64,000 nt of DNA from the NCBI RefSeq assembly GCF_009914755.1, contig NC_060932.1, one strand, 5' to 3'. A program made the position numbers and the translations under genes. The DNA is from the human T2T-CHM13v2.0 reference genome, Homo sapiens. Below the pieces are notes generated by a model. That model made no database searches, had not been told where the DNA came from, and worked only from the letters and a program-made list of their open reading frames with translations. This document shows, piece by piece, positions 26,200 through 40,200 of the stretch; the first letter of the stretch is position 1; every line of letters begins with the position of its first letter.

Positions 26200-26600
26200 T
26201 AGAAAGTTGTAACAGGGAGAAGGTGATAGATATAGGAAAGGTCTTAGACAATCCTTTTTATAGGTAATGGAGATGTCACATGCAGATTTAAGAAAGTGGA
26301 TAAAACAATTAAATTTTATTTTGATCATCTTCATCAGGAAATGAATACTAGATTTGATGGTGACAAAAGTTAACCAGAAAATCAATTATAAAGCTGTTCA
26401 AATATTATGTATGAAAGAAGAGATGATTAAAGTAATGTCTAGAAGGTAAAATTGGCAGGACTTTACATTTGATTACATAGGTAGAGGTTAAGTTAAAGGA
26501 AGGAATCAAGAATGACCCTCAGGATTCTGTATAAGTGGCTAGGTGGAAGTTGGAAACAGCAACTATGAGAGAGACCACAGAAGGATTATGGTTAAAGAAA
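26200..26600 (-). mobile_element. L2 fragment
   Basis: GGTAAAATTGGCAGGACTT...GAAGGAATCAAGAATGACCCTCAGGATTCTG antisense L2. Confidence 0.6.
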
Positions 26601-27439
26601 TGAGAGTCACTTCAAATAGACAGGGAGAGTCCAAGAAGCTTTTATGACAAAATCCCTTGCAGCAGGATCGAGTGGCAGGTAGTAGTAGAGTACTAGTAGA
26701 GTACCAGTAGTAGAGTGAGGATCCACATGGTGTCTCCTAAAATAAAAGATGGCCGAGTAGCTCAGGCATAGTGGTTGGGCCAAAATAAAACACAGTATAA
26801 GCCCACTTTCAGCCTAGAAACCTAGCTACCAAAAAAAGCATGAGGTTGTATGTATAAACATTCATCAAATTTGTTAGATCTATTAACCATCACTCCTTCC
26901 ATTCATTTCTACTCTTACACTAAATAGGACCACTATATAGAAATCTAGTAGCTAAGATAGCTTCCCCTAGAACATTGCTTGGATCACTACTGCCAAAATT
27001 GGAATCTATAACTCAGTTATGTGGTTTGTGGCTAAATAACAACCACCTCTCACTCCCGCATATATACACAACTTTTAATTTATATATTATTTATTTTAAT
27101 AAGTTATTAATTCTAAAGTTTGTGATCACTTTGGTCAGTTCTCCTGGATGAGAATTATTGTTTGCTCCTTAAGATACTTACACATATTTAAAACCAAATT
27201 TGTTATGTGTTTATTTGACAAAGTAATTGCCAGAAAACAATTTCATTCCCACCATATCCCAGTTCTGGAAGCATGTGTGTGGGGATGGGAGAGGATATTA
27301 GCAGCTGTTACCCATAAAGAACAGAGATAACCATGTATAACATGTTGTTCAGCAAACAGAATGAAGCTTTGGGGTAGGAATGAGAATTTTTAAAATAAGA
27401 AATGCACTCTAAACAAATTTTAATTCTGAGGTATCTGTC

Positions 27440-28052
27440 TACATATTCAGTGGCCTCCAGGCTCTCCTCATTCTAATCCATTTACAGAACTCTAAAATAT
27501 ATATCTGATGATGTCACTGTTGTTAAATTCTTCCAATGGACCCAGATATCCATTAGATCACAAGTCTTACTTTTCCAGAAAGGATCTGCCTTATGCCTAC
27601 CTCTTCAGTGTCTTTTCTAACCATTCTCTCCTCCCACACTGTAAATTCTATGTCAAATCACCTACTGTTTTTCAAATAAGTCACACTATTTTAAGCCTCT
27701 ACTCATTCTCACAGGCTACAATAGTGCCTGTTTGTATAACTTCTCAATCTTTAAAACTCAGCTTCAATATTTAGAATAAATGCTGTAACACTTCCTTTGC
27801 CCTATCCCTTTCTATCAGTGATTAGTAGGTAGTTAGCAATCTGTGGTGAGCCAACGTGGCTGGGTGTCCACAACACGGTCCTCTCTACTTACCTATATCC
27901 TAACATATCACACAATAAAGACTTATGACGTCTTCCTCCCTATCCTCAGATGACTCTTGACTGCAAGGAGTATGCCTCTTTTTTTAAATAAATTCAGTCT
28001 AACAAGCGCCTGGATTGTAGAAGATATTCGGTAAATATTTGATGTACAAATG
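27440..28052 (+). mobile_element. L2 3' region
   Basis: ATCTGATGATGTCACT...CTTCCAATGG, TCTTTAAAACTCAGCTTCAATAT, tail GCCTGG...GGTAAATATTTGATG. Confidence 0.6.
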
Positions 28053-28075
28053 ACCAATGATGGGAATCTTGTATA

Positions 28076-28353
28076 GCATTTTCAAAGTGTTTTAAGAAAT
28101 ATGCTAATACACCTTCTGCAGGAATAAAAAACGATTCTATATTGTAAATTTGGGAAATGCCAGGATAAATACACTTACACAGTAAATTTATAATAAGAAT
28201 TCTGAGAGCTATATATATGCTAATTCTCACTGTAGCTTTCCAAGAGATGGCTACTATATGTAGTATTTGCCAAATTTGCTTGAGAACCTCTTTTTCTTTT
28301 AACATCTATTAACGTTTAAAGTTACTCTGAGGAACACAGTATTGAAAAAGCTG
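28076..28353 (+). mobile_element. MER103C-like hAT-Charlie DNA transposon
   Basis: AGCATTTTCAAAGTGT...AATTTGGGAAATGC...GGAACACAGTATTGAAAAAGCTG termini and internal motifs. Confidence 0.65.
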
Positions 28354-29109
28354 GACTAGTCTCTCCTATTTACTTTACTGAAATACATTTCATTCCTTCA
28401 TTGAATCAAAAAATAAAAAGGGATGGGGAAGAAGTTTCTGTTATCTTTTAACCATAATTCATCACAATTAAGTTTTAGAATTAAATTAGCATTTCTACTT
28501 CTATAACACATTTATTTTTAATTTTGACCACTTGAAATTTCTAAAAGTTTCTATTTATTTATTTTAATATGGTCATAAAGAGATTAAAGGCATAATAGTC
28601 ACTGCATTAAAATAAGTAGATTTAGTTCAGAGCAAAGATTAGATCTTTTCTGTTATTGTCAAAAAGACATGGTAAAAAGCATGACATCACATGTAAAATT
28701 ATTATTCATTAAATTATTGTTGTTAATATGTATTCCTTAAAACAATGCTTTCCTGAACAATTACTTTTTATTCAGCCCAAAAGCTTTGTTGAACCACATT
28801 CGTTAATACAAAAGTGGTGTATATTTTCTTTGTGAAGTTTTATTTTTTTAAATTTCCTTCAAAGGATGATTACAGAGGTGATTATTCAAGTAGCAGGTTA
28901 CTTTTCAATATATTCCACATTTTAATCTCCACAATATTACCTTTCCACCTTAAGAAATTTTTTCAGCCCTTTTTTCAGTTCCACAAAATAGATACCCAAA
29001 TATGTCCACATTAAGATTAATTTATTTCCTAAACTAAACCAACTCATGTAATTGGCATAAATCCTAACCTTTAGTTTTAAGGCAAGTATAAATACTTCTA
29101 TACCTATGT

Positions 29110-29710
29110 GATACTAAAATGTACTAGATAAGTATTATGAGCACATAAGAGAAATATATGTCACAATTGGGTGGGGGTGGTAAGGAAGAAGGTAAATTAG
29201 GATCAGAAAATAATTACAAAAGGACACAACATAGGTGTTTTTCCCTTGAAAGCTGCACTGGATTCCAGGAGGCAGTGTTTGTAGAAGTGATTTCAACCTG
29301 AAGAATTAACAGGTACAAAAAAAATAAAAGTGACAAAGCATGAAACTTGTTTGGGAGTTATTAGTTGTACTGAACAACTGCAATATTATAAAAGTATGCA
29401 GCTGAAGTGGGTAATAGGAAAGTTTAGGTTGAGTCATTTTGTGGAATTATTTGAAAATCAGGCAGACGGATCTGTATTTAAGGAGTTGACACGTGGATGT
29501 CATTTAAGGTGGTTAAGCAGGAGAAGAATTTAATCAGTGTGGCACTTGAGGAACATTGATCAGCCATAGACGCAGCCAGACACAAGAAGAGCAATTAGGT
29601 CAACAGCAACAGGCAGCAGGCTTGTAAGAATTTGATTCAAATTGCAGTGACAGTAATAAGGATGGAGAAGAGAAGGTGGATTTGAGAGTTAGAGGACACT
29701 GACCAAAACA
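29110..29710 (-). mobile_element. L2 fragment
   Basis: Antisense L2-like purine-rich sequence, e.g. GGATGGAGAAGAGAAGGTGGATTTGAGAG. Confidence 0.55.
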
Positions 29711-29899
29711 AAACAGTTGATGATGAAGTGTTCTGCATTACTACAATACAAAAATGTAAATACAATACAGAGAGCTAAGAGGTGAGAATCAAAATTAACA
29801 AATGGAAACTCACTTTGGTGGTTTTACAGTAGGCATTTTAAAGCATAATTTTCAAAATTTTCTTTTGTTTATAAATTTGCTGTAATTTTTCTTATAGGG

Positions 29900-30425
29900 A
29901 CCAAAACAACAAATCAGGTTGAATTCCTGCACATTACCCTCCCTAGACATACCATATCACTATTATTATAAATTCAGTGCACATTCTGTTCATATTTTTT
30001 AAATTTCCTAAGTACACATATGTACATATAAATATTAAAAAATATATTATTTTAGCATTTCCTGGAGTTTAATTAAAGACTGTATTCTGCAATTTGCTTT
30101 CTGAAACTGTATGTCATGAGATTCATCTATACTGATGCATATAAATCTGGCTAATTCATTGTTAACTATTACACAGTATGAATATACCACAATGTATTTA
30201 TATTTTACTTACTTAAAAATAAAAGTTCCAATTGATAACATGATTTATCTTTTTGCAGTATTTAGATAAACTTTTTTATTTGGGAATAACATTAAATTTG
30301 CAGTAAAGTTGCAAAGTTACTGCAGAATTCCTGAATACTCCTCACTCAATTAGGATTCACCTAATTTTATCCTCTTACATCACAGTGTTACATTTTATCA
30401 AACTTCAAAAACAACATTAGTACCA
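29900..30425 (-). mobile_element. Old L1ME and L1MC-type 3' fragments
   Basis: GAGATTCATCTAT...GAATATACCACAATGTATTT; from ~30268 TTTTATTTGGGAATAAC...AAAGTTGCAAA. Confidence 0.55.
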
Positions 30426-30450
30426 TAAGCTCAGCTTTTTAGAGCAAAAC

Positions 30451-30883
30451 TGTAGGGAGCTGAAGGCCCATGAGACCTGACCAACTCAGCATTCCAATGG
30501 AGGCTATATGATCAAACAGCAAACTGTTTGTCATGAATGCAGGATGTGAGCAAACTCACAACTGCTCCTGGCAATAGAAGGTTTGCTGGAGGCAATCACT
30601 CCCTGGTGCTGAGGTTATCTACTGCGACATCTAGAGCCTGTTGTTTGAGGAATGCAGTCTTGCAAGCCTACTCTGGATTGAGCAGCTGACCCCTTCTTCC
30701 ACCACCCTTCTCACAATCTCTTTTGCCTAATAAATATGGAGAGCTGTGTAAAGCTCAGGGCCCTTGTCCACTAGAGGCAACGTGCCCCCTGACCCCTTCT
30801 TCCAAATATACTCTTTTGTCTCTTGTCTTTTATTTCCGTGTTTGCCCCCTTTGTTTAATCCCCCTAGGTCTGTGCGGGTTACA
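30451..30883 (+). mobile_element. LTR3 (HERV-K HML-6 / HERVK3) 5' LTR
   Basis: TGTAGGGAGCTGAAGGCCC...CCAACTCAGCATTCC...AATAAA (30729)...GCGGGTTACA, followed immediately by a PBS. Confidence 0.92.
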
Positions 30884-30886
30884 TAG

Positions 30887-30903
30887 TGGCGCCCGAACAG
30901 GGA
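30887..30903 (+). promoter_or_regulatory. Retroviral primer-binding site, tRNA-Lys(UUU)/Lys3
   Basis: TGGCGCCCGAACAGGGA, 3 nt after the LTR; second PBS-like TGGTGCCTGAACACGGGAC at 30925-30943. Confidence 0.92.
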
Positions 30904-31116
30904 TGGAATCGGGTGCTCAATAAGTGGTGCCTGAACACGGGACTTCAAGGATGTGAACGAAGAAGGTCTACTGAAGCAGAGGAACTGAAATTGGCAAGGC
31001 AGACAGGGACCCTGGGACAAGTCTGCTGGCAGTGGATATAAGGTCCCTAAAGATGTGCTGGGAGCAGTGCTTTAAAGAAGTACTGGGAACAGGAAGTTTT
31101 CTGAATCAGAGTAACA

Positions 31117-31443
31117 GGAGAGGGAGGATAAAAATTGGCCTATACCGCCTCCTCTGCTTCGGTAGCAGAAATAGAAACCCAAATACAAAGGATTTTATGC
31201 TCTGCTGCCATAGCTGGAGACCCCTTAGGACCTTCTGCTTTTCCTATTTCTGTAAGGCCTGATCCAAATAATCCACAGCAGGTTATTCATGAACACACTC
31301 CACTAGAGTTTAAGTTGTTAAAGGCGTACAGAGCTCATTCACCTTAGGATTGCTAGACTCTGTGTTTGGTGCTATGCGTCTTTTACCCTTTGATGTGAAA
31401 CACTTGGTGCGAACTTGCTTGTCTGAGAGTGAATATCTGACAC
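31117..31443 (+). pseudogene. HERV-K(HML-6) gag remnant (pre-capsid and capsid N-terminus), internally deleted and frameshifted
   Basis: Translates ...AFPISVRPDPNNPQQVIHEHTPLEFKLLK then, in another frame, QSSFTLGLLDSVFGAMRLLPFDVKHLVRTCLSESEYL, which is betaretroviral CA-like; gag start/matrix appears missing. Confidence 0.82.
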
Positions 31444-31449
31444 AAAACA

Positions 31450-31590
31450 ACATATATTTCTGACCCAATAATTCCTCCTCTGGTAGCCATTCTAGATAAA
31501 TCAAATGGATAGATGATAAAGGTAGCTGGAGAGATAGATAGATGCTCATTGTAGCATTTTTGTTATTGTGAATAATTGAAAACACAATAT
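31450..31590 (+). mobile_element. Old L1ME fragment
   Basis: TGACCCAATAATTCCTCCTCTGG...GATGCTCATTGTAGCATTTT. Confidence 0.5.
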
Positions 31591-31934
31591 ACTAGTATAT
31601 CTTTTACAAAGCCATTTCAATTGATATAGGGAATAATGGGGCGTTTGGGGGTTTTGCTTGTTTGTTTTTAGAGAATGTTGACTTGAAAATACATGTTAAA
31701 AGAATATGAATCAGGGTTATAATTGTTACAAAGGTATTTTTAAAATAATTACTTTGTCTTTGACTGATACATCCTAGTCTAGGCAATATTTAGATGTTTT
31801 TAATTGAATGGAAATTAATTACTAGTTAGAATATTCTTGATTGCATTTAGCAGAGTAAATAGTGTGTGTGTTTGTGTTTGTGCGTGTGTATGTGTTTGTC
31901 ACAGAGAATACTAGAAGAAACACTAAAAAAAAAA

Positions 31935-32076
31935 GTTGGAAGATTTAGAAGAAATCTTGGAGTATACCCAACTCCATTATTTCATTGTACAAATGGGTTA
32001 GCAAGGAACTAGTGAGGGGAAATGATTTTCCTGAAACAATGCTACTGATAAATGTATCAATAGGACTCAGGGATTC
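31935..32076 (-). mobile_element. MIR3/MIRc fragment
   Basis: CCCAACTCCATTATTTCATTGTACAAATG...GAGGGGAAATGATTTTCC. Confidence 0.5.
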
Positions 32077-32087
32077 TTAGCCCAAAC

Positions 32088-32363
32088 CTTTTTTTTTTTT
32101 CCTTTCAACTTTTATTTTAAGTTCAGGGGTATATGATGTGCAGGATGTGCAGGTTTCTTACATAGGTTAATATGTGCTATGGTGGTTTGCTGTGCAGACC
32201 ATCTCATCACCTAAGTATTTAATCCAGCATCCCTTAGCTATTTTTCCTGATGCTCCCCCTCCCCCTAACCCCTCAGCTCTGACGGGGCCCAGTGTGTGTT
32301 ATTCCCCACCATGTGTCCATGTATTCTCATCATTCAGCTCCCACTTATAAGTGAGAACATGTG
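32088..32363 (-). mobile_element. Short 5'-truncated L1PA (about PA13-16) 3' end
   Basis: Poly-T, CAACTTTTATTTTAAGTTCAGGGGTA...CCCACTTATAAGTGAGAACATG; TSD TTAGCCCAAA(C/G)CTTTT at 32077 and 32364. Confidence 0.9.
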
Positions 32364-32639
32364 TTAGCCCAAAGCTTTTATTTTCACTGAGGAGTATTCT
32401 TTTTGGGCATACAGCTAAAATAAATTAAGTTGCAATTAATCTTATTTTATTTATAAACAAAGCTATTTATTGACCTGTCCCTACCAAAGAGAGATATTTA
32501 TGACTCTTAAAATTTAGCAAGAAAGATATAAAATTTTGTTCATGAACTTAAAAAAGGCATCACGTTAAGTTATACAAATATCTGTGAAACTCTTACTCTA
32601 AATAAAAAAAAGTTATATTTTAATAATTCCTTAAAACTC

Positions 32640-33132
32640 ATAGTAGATTGGAAATATGACCATAATTCACTTCTACATCCATACCCTTTGCAGTGTGACT
32701 TTGCAGCTGCTCACATCAAGAGAGGAGTCTCTTTTCTTTCCCTTTACCTGTCTTGTGACTTCTTTTGGTCACAAAACGCAGCACAAGTAATGTGGTGCCA
32801 ATTCCAACTCTAGGCCTCAAAGGGGCTTTGTAAATTTCTGTCCTTTCTCTTGAAACCCTACCCAGACATTGTGTGAAGAATCCTAGCTGGCCTAAAGGAA
32901 GGTGAGAGATGAATCATACCACCTGAGACTTTACTGGACCATCCAGTCCCCAGCTGACCTGGCAGGTGATCTGGCAACTGACCATAGATGCATGAATGGG
33001 CTCAGCTGAGGATGACATCTGGCCCAGATTAGCAGAACCATCTTGATGACACACAGACTCATGAAATCAATAAAATATTGTTATTTGAAGTCATTAGGAT
33101 TTGATTAATTTTTTATGACAATAGCTAAAAAG
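32640..33132 (+). mobile_element. MLT1G/H-type MaLR solo LTR
   Basis: CCCTTTGCAGTGTGACTTTGCAGCT...TAGGCCTCAA...AATAAAATATTGTTATTTGAAGTCA...CAATAGCTAA. Confidence 0.75.
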
Positions 33133-33514
33133 CCATTGTTTACATGAAGGCATTAAAATTAGATTATGTGTTACTTATATAATATATCAAAGCTTTTGGA
33201 TAATAAGTAAAATTTTATCCCACAGCAAAATATCATTTTATCAGAAGGCATAATTTTGGCCTGGTAAAAATATTTTTCAACAATTTTTCATAAGTGATAG
33301 ACCCCGCTATGGTTATATATCATCAAAGTTTTAAGATCACATTTTATATTCTCCTCTAACTTGTAAGTTCAAAATATAGCTTCTTAAATTTGTTAAAATT
33401 TTTCATTATTTAAATTATGTTTTGCATCAAAATCAATGGCAGGAAAATACAAACCCAAATCCTCAATTTTAATGAATAAGCCTGGCTTAAAAATGACTCT
33501 GTCATACTCTAACA

Positions 33515-33745
33515 CATAAAAGCAGAGAGTACAATGGTTTTTATCAGGGGCAGAGGGAATGGGAAAATGGAGAGTTGCCATTCAAGGGAGGCAAAGTTTC
33601 AGTTATAAAAGATGAGTAAGTTCTAGAGATCTGCTGTGTAACATTGTGACTACAGGTAAGCATTCTGTATTGTATACTTTAACATTTGTTAGGAAGGTAG
33701 GTCTCATGCTAAGTGTTTCTACCACAATTTAAGTTAAAAAAAAGA
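33515..33745 (+). mobile_element. L1MB1-3/L1MA10-type 3' end
   Basis: AAAGTTTCAGTTATAAAAGATGAGTAAGTTCTAGAGATCTGCTG...CTACCACAATT, A-tail. Confidence 0.82.
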
Positions 33746-34817
33746 ATTTTAAAATAAGGTAATACCAATGAATAAGATGAGGTGAAATGTATGTATCTTT
33801 AAATCATTTGGCATTCAGTTTGCAAAAAGTGAATTGACAGTAATAGCACATTAGAGCATGTTTCTTAATTTCTATTTATTAGCTAAGTGTAATATTTGTA
33901 TGTGACCACTAGATAGAGCTACTATAATATCCTGAGAGAAAAAAAAATATAGGAAACTATCTCACGTTTAGCATGTATATAGATTGCTTTTCTTTATATT
34001 GCATTCTATATGATCTCAGGTAGCTCTGGATTTGCTAACTTTAGTTTGATGTAACTCAGCTTTACTTTCACTATAATACATGCAAACACCAATTTTATTA
34101 GTTTACCAACCATGATCTGCATATAATGCATTATGAAGTTTAATCATAGTAATAGTTCTAAAACCATAATACAATATTTTAGGATGTTTCAGTATGATAT
34201 TTGTCCTAAAGCCACCAAAAATAATTTTGTGCTGAACTCTTAATATATTTTATGATTTTTGATATCTGTATACATTAGAGTGTTTATTACACATGTGGCA
34301 AATAAGGCTTCCCACTTTCAGATAAAGATTATATGTAAAATAAAGAATATACAAAATAAATAAAGGTTCAGACTAATGCTGAGGTTCTTAAAGCAGAAAA
34401 ATTAGGCTAACTAAATGAAACATAAGTCTCCTCCGTTTTTGTCAACAGGCAGAAGACCTCCATTATAAAACCAACAAAGAGAAATTCAATTCGTAAAAAA
34501 CTCAAAGGCAGAGATTATGTCCTAAACTTTTTTTCTAGTTCCTATAAACAACGATCACTGTCCTCATCATAGAATAGGAAAATAAATCCACAGAGATTCA
34601 TTCTTAAAGATCAGCTGATTATTTGCTAGCTACAGTAGTACATTATTTATAAATATCTAGAAATTAATTTGACCATTATTTAATGCAGTGTATGTAGTTT
34701 ATTATAATTTTGAATTAATGACCCCTCCAAAACCTAATTTATTAATCTGTAACATTTTCTTAATGATATGTGATTTAGGAATTGAGTCAGGATCAACTGG
34801 CTTTGCTAGTCAATAAA

Positions 34818-35195
34818 GCAACATTTCCCAGATTTTATTGAATATCTGAATCACCTAGGAGCACGTTGAAAAGACAGTTCCAGGCCCTACCTCCTGATTT
34901 TACAGGTGATGAAACTGACTTTGAAATTCTGCATTGAGTCCTAACTATCTGTATTTTATGAAGCACCTCTCATATTTCCAATGCAAAAAACCATATTCTG
35001 TAATTTCATGAGGTTAGTAATTAAAAACATAGACCCTAAATTTAAAAAGACCTGAAATCAAAGGCTCAGTCTTAATCAACAAAATGGGAACCACAATACC
35101 AACACAAGTATTTGTGGGAATTAAAGCAGCTAATGCATAAAGAGGAGTAATAATGCTTGGCACAAGACAGTAACTATAAATGGTGTTCATTAAAT
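34818..35195. mobile_element. MER5A/B-like hAT remnant (34818-34985) followed by a MIR fragment (+)
   Basis: GAATCACCTAGGAGC...CAGGCCCTACC...ATCTGTATTTT; then AAAATGGGAA...GGAATTAAA...TGCTTGGCACA. Confidence 0.55.
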
Positions 35196-36039
35196 TTTCT
35201 TCCCCACTTATGTCTAAATAGTGTGAATATTCTTTGACAAGATATTCAAGAAATAAATGGTAATTATAGCGATATGCATTTTTGTTATGCTTCTGTGACT
35301 GTATTATTCCTTGCTATTTATTATATTATGCAGTTCCTGCTAATCACATGCTTACATGAGTAGCAATGTCACTTTATCTATTGATAATTACTTAAGAGTC
35401 TTGTTCTTGCCTATTTGTTTTTGCTATGTTTACGAACAGATCACATTGCCAAAAGGTGTATCTACCTTGTCTACCGCAAATGTAAGTTGTCAAGAAAAAA
35501 GAAAACCATGCCTTTTCTTACAAAGTGCTCTCAAATAAGAACTTCAGAAATTCCTCCTGAAGAAAAGTATTCAATTGAATCCTGTCATCTAGTATTTTAA
35601 ATCCCTTTCTTGTCATAGGGTTGCTCATAAAATTGTTAATGCATGACCCTCAGTGAGACCGTTGAACTGAGCTGCTTTCATAGTCCTGCATTTACATAAT
35701 CCTGCTTGCTGGTATTATTCTATCTGAAGACAAATATGTGATGAGTATAAAATACAATGAGCCCAATTTTTTTTAACAATTGTCTTTTCTTTGGAAATTA
35801 ATCACTTTGAAAAGATGTACATTGATATATCAAATGTGTTGGTATGGCTTTTGAATAAAAGAGTTGTCCCATACTGACATATTGAAAAATAATCTGAATT
35901 AAATAAACAGTGATAAGATAGGCTAAAATGATAATGTATTTGTCCAAATATTGAGCTGTATATTTCAAAGGTAAATGACTTCAAATACTTTCATCGTGTG
36001 TTTCTTTCTCCCCACTCATAATTAAACTTAAGGGAGCTA

Positions 36040-36255
36040 GAAATAATATTATCTTACATTTATTGAGCATATATTAACTTCTGGGCAATCCCCTAAGCAC
36101 TCTATATTTAGTAGCCCATTTAACCCTCATAAACCAGTAAGGTATACAAAATTATTCTCCTGCTTTGATAGGTGAGGAAACTGAGACACAGAGTAAGTTA
36201 AACAATGGGCCAATGGTCATGCGGTGGAGAATTTTAGATTCATAACCAGGCCTTT
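36040..36255 (-). mobile_element. MIR
   Basis: ACATTTATTGAGCA...CATTTAACCCTCATAA...GTGAGGAAACTGAGACACAGAG. Confidence 0.78.
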
Positions 36256-37243
36256 AGTAAGAGGAGAGGTGGCTCACCAAACTCATTAAAGTTTGGTTGC
36301 AAGATACTTTTCTCATCTATTTTCCAGTAATTCCATTTTTTCGTTGCTTTTCTTTCTGCCACTGCAAGCTCTTGAACTTGCCCACTTTAAAATTATTGCT
36401 TCATCCACCTGAATGCCTTACCTTATTTTATAGCACACCAATATCATATTCATCATTCTACATTCCACTTAAATCCTTCATACTTTGTAACATTTTGTTC
36501 ATATCTCTCTGGTACAAAATAATTTCTTCCTTTTCTGAACCTGACAGGAGATCCTGAGAGCTCAGTCAAAAAATTTTAAGCCCACATGTGACTAAACTCC
36601 AAAACTCTCTATTTTCCAATACACATTTATTTCCTGGAAATAATCTTTTGCTTTGGGATATTTTCCACCCATCAGGTGAGATCTCCTACATTACATGCAC
36701 TGCCTTTTGGAGATTTAGGGATGACCCACATTTCTGCATAAATTTAACTCTCATTGCAGAAATCAAGAAGGAGAATATGGGTTCTTATGGGTCCAGCGAC
36801 TCACCTAATGAAGAGTCTGGATACCACAGGAGAACTTATCTTGAGAGACCTCTAGACTAGGTGATGCAAGTGAAGATGCAATGGTTATAGTGCTTTGGTT
36901 TTCATTTTGAAATTCCTGCTAACTCTTTATTAAACATTGTCTATATCAGTGGTCCCCATTTATTCTTTAAGTTACAAAAACAAAACCATTAACAGACCTC
37001 AACATGGTAATGATCAGCTGTTTTAAAACAAAAGCTATAATTGTTTCAGTAATACATTTCAAGTAATTTGAATTTTGTTAATCTCCATATATCTATTAGC
37101 ATATAAATATGTAAGATAAATTTTTTATTAATTTAGAAGATAATACGTAGAACTCACCAATTGAAGGATTTTCTGTAGTGACTCTGTGGCCCTCCATGGC
37201 CTGAGGACAAGTTGAAAACTTCTCATTAAGACTATTTATTTGA

Positions 37244-38770
<1,527 letters not shown>

Positions 38771-38999
38771 GAAATTTAACCGTTTACTCAATTGTGATAT
38801 TATTCTTTTTTCTCACTTCCTCTTCATTTTCTTTTTCTTTTCCTCTTCCTCTGCTGTTTATCTTTTAATTCTTCATCATAGTAACATAACTATGTCCTTT
38901 TCCATGATGAGTATGCAGACTTACATTTTGAATATTGCAATCTCATTCAATGGTTTGGAACAGAATTCAGCTGAGAGCAGGCCTCTGAAGTCTCACGTC

Positions 39000-40200
39000 T
39001 AGGCAACGGCTACTCTCCTCGCTTTCTTGGCTAAGAACACCCAATTTTATTCAGGTATAGCAGCCTGCCACTCCCCAGGCACAGGTAGTTGATATTGACT
39101 AGTCAAGATAATCAAGGTAATTCTCATATTGGTGCTGATGACTGGCTTGTATTTCAATCTTCATTAACCAGGTGGAAGGAAGTCTGCTTCCTTTACATTT
39201 GATTACTGTTTTCCTACTTGATAAAAATAGAAAAACAGAGAGAAATTGTCTTTTCCACCTCTAAATATTTTTCTGTGAGGAAGCAATGCCTATAACTGCT
39301 CAAACCAGGCCTTAGGGACCCAACATCATGTTGAGAATGACGAAGTTTGAAGTACAGTAGTTCAGTAGTTCCCTCTTATGCATAGGGGTTACTTTCCAAG
39401 ACCCCAGTGGATGCCTGAAACTGTAGCAGTATGAACTAAATTGCTGTCTTGGAACATGTTTCTGTTCATATTTTCCACCCACACCTTCAGCGCCTTCTAC
39501 ATATTAACTAAGCACTTTTCGTGCACCGTGGCTGTAACTTTTGCAGTTTGAGGTGTGACAGCAAAACTGGCAAACATTTCTTTTTTATTCTTCATAATTT
39601 CACAGAGAGAATATGCATTCTTGCCATAGATCTTAGCAATCTCGGCATGCAGGTTTTTTCCTTATGAATTTCAGAACTTTTACCTTTTTACTTAAAGGAG
39701 GTACTTTAAGGCTTCTCTTTGGCTTATTGTATCAGCTTCACTACTTTTGTGCTTTGGGACCATTATTAAATGAAAATAAGGGTTATTTGAACACAAGCAC
39801 TGCTACATGTGACAGGTGATCTGATAACCAAGAGGGCTAAGAGACTAGCAGGCAGGTAACAGTGTGGATGTGCGGCACTAAAGGAGTTTAACGTTATAGG
39901 AAGGATGGACAGCATGGCGCGAGATTTCATCACACTATGTAGAACAGTGTGAAATTTAAAACTTACAAGTTGTTTATTTCTGTAATTTTCCAGTTAATAT
40001 GCCCAGATCGAGGTTGACCACAGGTAACTGAAATCACAGAAAGCAAAACCATAGTTAAGGAGGTCTATTGTAGACTAATGGGACTGAGCCCTTAATAAGT
40101 GTTAGCCACTCTAAAGTCAATCTCCAGACATCTCACGGTGCGATTTTATTATTTAAGCATTCTTAAGTAAAATTTCAGTTACTTGCAACAAAAATCGTCC
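39000..40200 (+). mobile_element. MLT1K/L-type MaLR LTR split by MER44
   Basis: GCTAAGAACACCCAATTTTATTCAGG left; CTCCAGAC...TTTAAGC...GTTACTTGCAACAAAAATCGTCCT right. Confidence 0.5.
39355..40070 (-). mobile_element. MER44C/D (Tigger7-derived DNA transposon)
   Basis: TA-flanked; CAGTAGTTCCCTCTTAT...TTCCAAGACCCCAGTGGATGCCTGAAAC left and GGTTGACCACAGGTAACTGAAA...GGTCTATTG right; left CAGTAGTT duplicated. Confidence 0.85.
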
